Of a stretch of 14,549 bases of DNA, positions 6,824 to 12,487 are shown piece after piece. The position numbers and the translations under genes were made by a program. How positions within the stretch are numbered: the stretch's first letter is position 1; the number at the start of each line of letters is the position of its first letter. This DNA comes from a virus: the IMG/VR virus record IMGVR_UViG_3300033402_000312, one strand, 5' to 3'. The notes under the pieces are model-generated. The model had not been told where the DNA came from, ran no database searches, and saw only the letters and a program-made list of their open reading frames with translations.

Positions 6824-7555
6824 CTAGAAAAGGAAACTGCTAGTCGTGCAAAGAGAGCAACCCGGATTGGGCTTGCCCCGGTTGACGTGCCAGCGCACGT
6901 GCCGGGCTTTCACGCTGCCAGCTTTTGCGCCCAGCAATCCCGCTCGGCGCTTGGCTTCATGCGACCCTGCCTTGCCGCCGAGCACATGAACCTCGCGGGA
7001 CATGCACGTGGACATTTCCTCGGGGTGCTCAGCAGCCCACTTCTGTACAGCCTTGATGCGAACGGATTCATCCTGCTCGGCGCGGGCGGCTTTGATTTTT
7101 TCAACCGACTCGTCTGTGAGAAAAGAACCGCCGCGTTCTTCACGGGCTTTTCGTTGATTCGTTATTCTACGTTCTCTGATTTCTGGGTCTTGCCAAGTTT
7201 GGAGAGAGTTCTCAATGTTTTTCTTTTTGGATTCCTCGGAATGCAACCCGGTGAATCCCTCGCCGCCACGGCAAATGTTGTAACCGATGTCTGAGTGTTG
7301 AACGCCAAGTGCTTTGATGAGAATTTTCTCTTGTTCACAAATCTCCTTGTTAGTCTGCCCCTCAAAAAGTGGGTGGATATGAAAATGGTCGCGTCCATAC
7401 TTCCGTATAGCGGCGAGTAAATGAGATCGACCGTGATAGCGACGGCCCAACGCATCTGAAATTTTACTTTGAAGATACTGCTTCAAGTTTCGATTTGTAG
7501 TTTTGCCGACGTAAATCTTCAGGTTCACGTCGTTGACAATCAAATAGACGAACAT
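6824..7555 (-). CDS. Free-standing GIY-YIG homing endonuclease (243 aa).
   Basis: The N-terminus ...VYLIVNDVNLKIYVGKTTN...YHGRSHLL...YGRDHFHIHPLFE...NICRGGEG matches the GIY-YIG catalytic module (GIY...YIG...R...E...N). The Lys/Glu-rich C-terminal half resembles a NUMOD-like DNA-binding region. The gene and its flanks are conspicuously AT-richer than the rest of the window. GGAGG lies 5 nt before the ATG. Confidence 0.85.
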   Translation of the reverse strand: MFVYLIVNDVNLKIYVGKTTNRNLKQYLQSKISDALGRRYHGRSHLLAAIRKYGRDHFHIHPLFEGQTNKEICEQEKILIKALGVQHSDIGYNICRGGEGFTGLHSEESKKKNIENSLQTWQDPEIRERRITNQRKAREERGGSFLTDESVEKIKAARAEQDESVRIKAVQKWAAEHPEEMSTCMSREVHVLGGKAGSHEAKRRAGLLGAKAGSVKARHVRWHVNRGKPNPGCSLCTTSSFLF

Positions 7556-7638
7556 TGAGCCTCCGCTGTCTAATACTGCGGAAGTTCGTATTTTCCGTCA
7601 CTTTTTTGTAAGTTATTGATAAATAATGATTTACGTCA

Positions 7639-8592
7639 CTATCCGAGAAGCCACCTTTGCTGCCTCAACCCCGCGCTGACGGGGCGGTTCGCCGTCACGA
7701 GCGGTGCCATCGTGTTGAACTGCTGGCCGTACGTCTGCGCCAGCGACTGGTACAGCGCCGACTTGTTGATGTCGAGCGACACGCCGTTGAGCGAGTAGCT
7801 GAACTCGTCGGCCGCCCACCTCGCGGACTCGCCCGACAGGCACAGCGCGGCGGCTTCGAGAGCGGCGATGTTGCCCCAGTCCATCGGGATCGTGTCCAGC
7901 GTCCACGCGTAGTAGTTCATCGGGTTGTAGACGTTGAGCATCGAGATCGATGTCGCGAGGTTGACGAGGATCGTGGTGTCCAGCCAGATGAAGCCGACTC
8001 GGGTCGTGTAGTTCGAGACCACCTTGCCGGGCGTCGGCGGGCGGAAGTGGTAGTTCCTGTCCGGGTTGGTGTCCGAGAGAAGCTCGCGCACGACGCGGAT
8101 CGCCTGCGCGTACATCGCGGGCGTCGTCCTTGCGCTGGCGATGGAAAGCTGCTTGCCGATGATCATCGACGGTGCCTCGAACGCCGGGTCAGCCGGATCG
8201 ACGGTCTGGACGATGAAGTCCATGTGGACGTAGCTCTGCGGGCAGTTTTTGGGGAACTCCTGAAGCTGCCACACGATCTTGTACACGCCCCTCCACGTCG
8301 TTGGGATCGTGAATTGCGCATAGTAAGTCCCGATGCTGGCGCGGGTGGGAACCTGCTGCGGGGGCAAAGCCAAGGTAGCGCCTTCGGGGGGGAGCGGCGG
8401 TCCGCCTTCCATGTTGAGCGGCTGCAAAAGGTCATATTCATAGGCAACCGTGGGCTTTGTCGGCACCAAATCCCGCAGCTTGTACACGGTGTAATTGATC
8501 AAGACGGGATCGACAAGGTTGCCAGAGGCGTCGCGAACGAGGATCGCGAGGTCTGCCGTCCCGGTCTGCTGTCCCTGTGTCAGAACGATCAT
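7639..8592 (-). CDS. Hypothetical protein (317 aa), possibly structural.
   Basis: Long ORF with AGGAG upstream of the ATG at 8592. It is Pro/Thr/Ala-rich with no recognisable catalytic motifs. The plus-strand ORF 7657..8643 is its antisense shadow. Confidence 0.7.
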   Translation of the reverse strand: MIVLTQGQQTGTADLAILVRDASGNLVDPVLINYTVYKLRDLVPTKPTVAYEYDLLQPLNMEGGPPLPPEGATLALPPQQVPTRASIGTYYAQFTIPTTWRGVYKIVWQLQEFPKNCPQSYVHMDFIVQTVDPADPAFEAPSMIIGKQLSIASARTTPAMYAQAIRVVRELLSDTNPDRNYHFRPPTPGKVVSNYTTRVGFIWLDTTILVNLATSISMLNVYNPMNYYAWTLDTIPMDWGNIAALEAAALCLSGESARWAADEFSYSLNGVSLDINKSALYQSLAQTYGQQFNTMAPLVTANRPVSAGLRQQRWLLG

Positions 8593-8603
8593 GGGAAGGT
8601 CTG

Positions 8604-8656
8604 CTCCTACCCTAGATTTGCGTATTTATTTACACGATCTTAGCGAGCGGTAGGAG
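8604..8656 (-). promoter_or_regulatory. 9-bp inverted repeat (CTCCTACCC / GGGTAGGAG on the minus strand) whose proximal arm contains the SD of the 317-aa gene. It flanks an AT-rich core carrying TGTAAATAAATA.
   Basis: On the plus strand: gCTCCTACCc at 8603-8612 and cGGTAGGAGt at 8647-8657, separated by 35 nt (ctagatttgcgtatttatttacacgatcttagcgagc). On the minus strand the proximal arm reads GGTAGGAGcagaccttccc-ATG. Confidence 0.4.
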
Positions 8657-8667
8657 TAGCAGGAAAA

Positions 8668-8874
8668 CTAGGAACCGATCCCCATCAAGCGGTAGATTTC
8701 TTCGATTCGGGCTGCATAACCCTCTGCCAGCGGCTTGCCAACATCATCGCCATGCTCCTTCAACCACAGGTGCATGTTGCCGAGCGCTACGCGCACGGTC
8801 AGAGCTTGTCCCCCGGTCAGGCGGACGCCGTTCACGGTGATGGTTGGTTCGTCAAGCAAAGATGTTGTGTTCAC
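8668..8874 (-). CDS. Hypothetical small protein (68 aa).
   Basis: ORF whose ATG overlaps the adenylate-kinase TGA (8871-8874 ATGA junction). No motifs were recognised. Confidence 0.5.
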   Translation of the reverse strand: MNTTSLLDEPTITVNGVRLTGGQALTVRVALGNMHLWLKEHGDDVGKPLAEGYAARIEEIYRLMGIGS

Positions 8875-9437
8875 CCAATCGCAAAACGTTCTTCCGATTC
8901 TACCAAGTTTTTGGTTTGTTCGAAAACCTTGTCGATGCCCATCGTGCCGTCCACGCGGTGGAGCTTGGCTTCGCGCCTGTAGTAGCCGATCAGCGGCGCG
9001 GTGCGCGTCGCATATGCCTCCATGCGCTCGGCGGTGGTCTTCGAGTTGTCGTCAGGGCGACCTTCGTTCCGTGCGGCGATGCGGCGGACAGCCTCCTCCT
9101 CCGGCACGTCGAGCAGGATCGCGAGCGGGTGGCCGTAGTGGGCGTAGTGCCATTCCGCTTGCTGGACGGTGCGGGGGTAGCCGTCGAGGATGTAGCCGTT
9201 TCCGCAATCGTCTTTCCGCAAGCGGGAGGCGATCAGGTCTTCCAAGAGGTCGTCCGGCACCAGCAGGCCCCTGTCGAGGCTTTCTTTGGCTAGGAGACCG
9301 ATCAGGGTACGGCGTCGTATGCGGTCGCGCAGCATGTCACCCGTGGAAATGTGGGGGACTTCGAAGTAGGCTGCCAGGAGCTTGCCCAGCGTGCCTTTGC
9401 CGGAGCCGGGGGAGCCGATCAGGGCGACTGGCATCAT
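8871..9437 (-). CDS. adk: Adenylate kinase, short-LID type with no zinc-binding lid.
   Basis: The P-loop is IGSPGSGKGT. The NMP-binding motif is ISTGDMLR. The protein also contains GYILDGYPRT and the C-terminal ...RxDD...Y motif region. Length is 188 aa. The plus-strand ORFs 8735..9868 and 8844..9293 are antisense shadows. Confidence 0.85.
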   Translation of the reverse strand: MMPVALIGSPGSGKGTLGKLLAAYFEVPHISTGDMLRDRIRRRTLIGLLAKESLDRGLLVPDDLLEDLIASRLRKDDCGNGYILDGYPRTVQQAEWHYAHYGHPLAILLDVPEEEAVRRIAARNEGRPDDNSKTTAERMEAYATRTAPLIGYYRREAKLHRVDGTMGIDKVFEQTKNLVESEERFAIG

Positions 9438-9439
9438 AC

Positions 9440-9802
9440 TCAGTTAGATGCCGATCCTTGGGGTTCCGGTTCTTGGGGGGAGTCCAGCCCGACGTCATCC
9501 GTCCCGCCCTTGAGGCCTTTGAGCAGTTTCATTATGCTGAGCAACAGGACTGCCTTGTCCTTGAACGCTTTCATCGTATCCGTGAAAAGCTCGCTCAGCG
9601 GCGGGGCGAGTATGCTGATTTGCTCGGTCAACGCGGCTTCGAGCACGAACAGCACGAGGGCGGGGGGATAGTCCTTGCAGATCGCGGCGATCTTGAGCAC
9701 AAGCTCCTCGGCTTGCGCCTTGGCCTCCAGGGTCAGGTTCCCGTCGCTGTCTTGCAGGTCTTTGGTCGGGTTCCCGTCATTGTTTTGCAGGTTTTTCAGC
9801 AT
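9440..9802 (-). CDS. Hypothetical protein (120 aa) with an internal imperfect repeat. It is shorter than the 181-aa track ORF.
   Basis: AGGAGAGGAC lies immediately before the ATG at 9802 (MLKNLQNNDGNPTKDLQDSDGNLTLEAK...). The upstream 60 codons of track ORF 9440..9985 are Ser/Arg-rich junk and overlap another small gene. The stop is 2 nt before the adk ATG. Confidence 0.6.
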   Translation of the reverse strand: MLKNLQNNDGNPTKDLQDSDGNLTLEAKAQAEELVLKIAAICKDYPPALVLFVLEAALTEQISILAPPLSELFTDTMKAFKDKAVLLLSIMKLLKGLKGGTDDVGLDSPQEPEPQGSASN

Positions 9803-9812
9803 GTCCTCTCCT

Positions 9813-9992
9813 TTACGCATTTCTGTTGTTCCATCCGGCGAAAAACGCCCTCCAGGCATGCTGGGTGAACGGCGAGACGTACTCGCCGTTGGCGCACTGC
9901 TCAAGCGGGTACCAGAGAGGCTTGACGCCTTCCTTAGCCCACAATTCAAACTCGGCGCGGGCCCTTTTCTCGTTCTTTTGCTCACGTGTCAT
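9813..9992 (-). CDS. Small hypothetical protein (59 aa), not in the ORF track.
   Basis: Hand translation gives MTREQKNEKRARAEFELWAKEGVKPLWYPLEQCANGEYVSPFTQHAWRAFFAGWNNRNA. GGAG lies 7 nt before the ATG, which sits 15 nt after the stop of the HTH gene. Its TAA is followed directly by the SD of the next gene. Confidence 0.45.
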   Translation of the reverse strand: MTREQKNEKRARAEFELWAKEGVKPLWYPLEQCANGEYVSPFTQHAWRAFFAGWNNRNA

Positions 9993-10007
9993 GGCCGCTC
10001 CACGGCA

Positions 10008-10796
10008 TTATACCTTGGCTGCTCTCCACATGGAAAACAATATCAAGGACATATTTTTCCGCGCCTGTGGTGTCCAGCGCGACCTCATGAGGCGGCTTAA
10101 CTTCTCCCGATACCCATCCCCTGCTGCATCCCAAACTTTCAACATGATCTTGCGAAACGTTTCTCTCTGAGCAAGGTGCAAGCGGCTGAGGTACCCACGA
10201 GTGGCTATGGTGTGGGGGCGTCCATAATTGTGCGACGGTCCATGACCCTTGCCCCGGAGCATGCCAGCCTCCCTTGCCACCTGCGCCAATTCCCTCGTCT
10301 TCCACCCCGAAGACCGGCTCATATCCGAGTATGAGTCTAAGGGGTGCTTTTTGATGTACCTCAGCATTTGAACTTTCTCGGCAAGCCCCTCCGGGTTGAC
10401 ACGGCTGCGGCGGATGCCGCTCTTGTACATGAGGTTTCCGATTGCGAACTTTTTCACGCCGAAGGCCTCCGCCATTTCGGCGTAGGTCATCTCTGGGTGC
10501 CTTTGCACGAAAGTGATGATCCTTTTCTCCTGTTTCGCTCTACGGCGGCGTAACCCTTCCACGTGCTTAGGAATGCTGGCAGCCCGCAGCAGTGACGAAA
10601 CCCCGGAGCGAGAGCGCCCAAAACGCCCGTGCTGCAACCCCGCCCGCTTGGCTACCGCGCCGACAAGGAATTCGCTGACTCTGAAACGTGCGGCAATTTT
10701 TTTATAGTTAAACTCGGGGTGTTTTTCTAGCGCGGCGGCGATCTGCTTGTTCCTGAGTTTGTACGGCTTGTAAGGCTTGTAAGGCTTGCCCATCAT
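10008..10796 (-). CDS. DNA-binding protein with three tandem helix-turn-helix-like modules, plus an N-terminal KPY x3 repeat and a basic linker.
   Basis: Three repeated ~40-aa modules: KQIAAALEKHPEFNYKKIAARFRVSEFLVGAVAKRAG, ITFVQRHPEMTYAEMAEAFGVKKFAIGNLMYKSG and QMLRYIKKHPLDSYSDMSRSSGWKTRELAQVAREAG. They share the pattern (L)xKHPExxYxxhAxxFGVxxxxhxxhxxxxG. The N-terminus is MMGKPYKPYKPYKLRNK. The overlapping ORF 9982..10305 is a frame artefact. Confidence 0.75.
   Translation of the reverse strand: MMGKPYKPYKPYKLRNKQIAAALEKHPEFNYKKIAARFRVSEFLVGAVAKRAGLQHGRFGRSRSGVSSLLRAASIPKHVEGLRRRRAKQEKRIITFVQRHPEMTYAEMAEAFGVKKFAIGNLMYKSGIRRSRVNPEGLAEKVQMLRYIKKHPLDSYSDMSRSSGWKTRELAQVAREAGMLRGKGHGPSHNYGRPHTIATRGYLSRLHLAQRETFRKIMLKVWDAAGDGYREKLSRLMRSRWTPQARKNMSLILFSMWRAAKV
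10761..10787 (-). repeat. 9-bp tandem repeat x3 (gtacggctt/gtaaggctt/gtaaggctt on the plus strand) encoding KPYKPYKPY at the N-terminus of the HTH protein.
   Basis: Read directly from the sequence. It is in-frame (unit length 9), so copy-number change would alter length but not frame. Confidence 0.8.
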
Positions 10797-10827
10797 GTCC
10801 CCGGATAGGTCACTCTACCACAGACAA

Positions 10828-10852
10828 GCTAATCTTCAACAGGCTAATCTTC
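10828..10852 (-). promoter_or_regulatory. Direct repeat GCTAATCTTC x2 (period 15 nt) about 30-55 nt upstream of the tandem-HTH gene start. It is a candidate operator or promoter element.
   Basis: Exact 10-mer copies at 10828-10837 and 10843-10852. The second copy overlaps the last codons and TAG of the upstream gene. Confidence 0.35.
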
Positions 10853-11080
10853 CCAAGCGGAATCTGGCATCTTTATCGGGAGCCAGTTGGGGTCTTGAGC
10901 GACATAGTTCACGGCATTGCCTTCGATGAAGTCATAGTGCTCGGCGCACAGCCAGACGCCGTCGCGCTTGATCGAGGCCGGGGCGTCGCAAAAATCGTAG
11001 TGGCTGACGCCGACTTTCACGGAATCGACGATCCTCTGCTCGCCGTGGCCCCCGATGATGAACCGGCAGCGGTGGCTCAT
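10844..11080 (-). CDS. Mini zinc-ribbon protein, paralog 2 (78 aa from the internal ATG). The track extends it to 11107 (87 aa).
   Basis: It contains ...HRCRF..GGHGEQ...FCDAPASIKRDGVWLCAEHYDF, sharing the DGVWLCxxH motif with 6657..6815. The ATG at 11078-11080 overlaps the TGA of the upstream 63-aa gene (ATGA), which favours the shorter start. Confidence 0.55.
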   Translation of the reverse strand: MSHRCRFIIGGHGEQRIVDSVKVGVSHYDFCDAPASIKRDGVWLCAEHYDFIEGNAVNYVAQDPNWLPIKMPDSAWED

Positions 11081-11268
11081 ATCGGAATCTTGTTCAGGAT
11101 AAACCAATGGTCGGCTTCCGCCACACCGTCTTCCGCCATCTTTCTCAAGCGCCGGATCATCTCGTCACGGTGCTTTTCGCAAAATTGCACTACTTCCCCG
11201 TCGATTTTGGTGAGGGTGGTCGTAGCGATACAGTCGCATTTTCCGTAAGTGAATCCACACTGAGCCAT
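11077..11268 (-). CDS. Mini zinc-ribbon protein, paralog 3 (63 aa).
   Basis: It contains MAQCGFTYGKCDCIATTTLTKIDGEVVQFCEKHRDEM..., i.e. CxC(D)C...DGxVxxFCxxH as in the other two paralogs. Its ATG is immediately adjacent to the TAA of the 264-aa gene (TAAATG). Confidence 0.6.
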   Translation of the reverse strand: MAQCGFTYGKCDCIATTTLTKIDGEVVQFCEKHRDEMIRRLRKMAEDGVAEADHWFILNKIPI

Positions 11269-12063
11269 TTACTTAACCTTCCTCCATTCCGCACCCTCCA
11301 TCACGTTGCTGTCGGTCTCGTAGACCGAGGTGGGCTGGTAGGACTTCCGTAGCTCCCCAGGCAGTTCCAGCATCAGGGAGTAGGCGATGATGCTGTACCC
11401 AAGAAGGTCGCGGGCGCTGTCTTCCTTCTTCTCGAAATTCCCCGCCCGGTTGTCCGCCTTGAGTTGGGCATACCTTGCGATCTTGTCCCACAGGCGGGGC
11501 AGGATGCCCGGCAGACCATGCCTGCGGAAGCTTTCCCCGTAGTCCTGCGCCTTGGGATGCAGAAGCTCGCAGGCTTTGGCAACACGCTCCTTGACGGCGG
11601 GTTCGGTGTTGTCGAACATGCTGAATCCCATTCCCTCCTCGATGAGGACAAGGAGGCTCGTCATATAGACCATGAAATGGAGGCCCTGCTCTGTCATATG
11701 CAGGAACATCGGAGGCCAAGTTGCCATGGGCTTCGTGCGGTTGTGTTCCACCAAGCCCTCAACGACGATGAAGCGGTAAATCCACTGAAGAGAGATGTTT
11801 TCGATGGTAAGCACATCTGATCCCCAAACATTGTTGGAAAGAGCAGGCAGGATAATCCCTTTGTCCAACGAGGTCTCTACCCAATTCCCGGCGATGGAAC
11901 CCACGCCGTTGAGATGGGTCAGTTGGTCTGGGGATTGAAGAAGCTCTTTGGCTTCAGCCGCGCTGATGTGGTTGGGAAGGTCTTCGATGACCGGCTTCCA
12001 GCCGTCGCCGCGCACCATGAGGCTGCGGCGAATCTCTTGCCAGAAGGGGATGGTTTCGCCCAT
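11269..12063 (-). CDS. Hypothetical protein (264 aa) with a weak resemblance to an all-alpha NTP pyrophosphohydrolase (MazG-like) fold. The assignment is not secure.
   Basis: The ORF has helical, Glu/Asp-rich segments (LIEEGMGFSMFD, DYGESFRRHG, DSARDLLGYSIIAYSLMLEL) reminiscent of MazG EExxE/D motifs. No other motif was recognised. The alternative-frame ORFs 11273..11719 and 11373..11651 were rejected. Confidence 0.6.
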   Translation of the reverse strand: MGETIPFWQEIRRSLMVRGDGWKPVIEDLPNHISAAEAKELLQSPDQLTHLNGVGSIAGNWVETSLDKGIILPALSNNVWGSDVLTIENISLQWIYRFIVVEGLVEHNRTKPMATWPPMFLHMTEQGLHFMVYMTSLLVLIEEGMGFSMFDNTEPAVKERVAKACELLHPKAQDYGESFRRHGLPGILPRLWDKIARYAQLKADNRAGNFEKKEDSARDLLGYSIIAYSLMLELPGELRKSYQPTSVYETDSNVMEGAEWRKVK

Positions 12064-12105
12064 ACCCTGTAAATACTCAGGTCGTGGGCAAAAACGGGTC
12101 GGTTG

Positions 12106-12360
12106 TCAGGCTGCGTCATCCTCGTCGTCGCTGTCTTCCTTTGGGGAGCAGCGGCAAGCCGGGTCGCACATGCCTTCCCGGCAGCAATAGCACGGGTTGT
12201 CTGCGTCGCACAGCCGGGATGCCGGGGGGTAGTTCCCGGTGATCGATCTCGTCATCCGCACGAAGAAGTTGGTGACTATCCCTGTTAAAATCAGCAGGAA
12301 AACGCCGAGGCAGAACGCGGCTTCATTATTTCGGCTTATCCACTCCAGCAGGTCGTTCAA
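12106..12360 (-). CDS. Small membrane protein (84 aa) with one TM helix followed by a Cys-rich, acidic C-terminal tail. The start is an apparent TTG.
   Basis: It has a hydrophobic segment AAFCLGVFLLILTGIVTNFFV, then ...CDADNPCYCCREGMCDPACRCSPKEDSDDEDDAA (9 Cys in 25 residues). AAGGTG lies 5 nt before the TTG. Confidence 0.45.
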   Translation of the reverse strand: MNDLLEWISRNNEAAFCLGVFLLILTGIVTNFFVRMTRSITGNYPPASRLCDADNPCYCCREGMCDPACRCSPKEDSDDEDDAA

Positions 12361-12487
12361 TTTTCACCTTCCCGGTGCACCTGATCTTGCCTTCCTTTGC
12401 CGCCCTGGACATCTGGCGAATAGCCCAAACCGCCACAGCCATCGAGGCAACAATGAGCGAAACCATGATGGCATCATACAGTATCAT
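12326..12487 (-). CDS. Possible small membrane protein (53 aa), not in the ORF track.
   Basis: Hand translation gives MILYDAIMVSLIVASMAVAVWAIRQMSRAAKEGKIRCTGKVKIERPAGVDKPK. Its ATG overlaps the TGA of the AAA+ gene (ATGA at 12484-12487). The 3' end overlaps the 84-aa ORF in another frame. Confidence 0.3.
   Translation of the reverse strand: MILYDAIMVSLIVASMAVAVWAIRQMSRAAKEGKIRCTGKVKIERPAGVDKPK

Noticed and set aside
7657-8643. Plus-strand 328-aa ORF and minus-strand ORF 7631..7906
   Set aside because: They are antisense to, or out of frame with, the 317-aa gene. The products are Arg/Asp/Val-rich low-complexity sequence.
8735-9868. Plus-strand 377-aa ORF spanning adk and neighbours
   Set aside because: It is antisense to the unmistakable adenylate kinase and to small genes with good SD sequences. 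The product is Arg/Ser/Cys/Gly-rich junk.
9803-9985. N-terminal 60 codons of track ORF 9440..9985 (MSKRTRKGPAPSLNCG...)
   Set aside because: This stretch is Ser/Arg/Pro-rich and overlaps a better small gene (9813-9992) in another frame. A strong SD precedes the internal ATG at 9802, so the shorter start is favoured.
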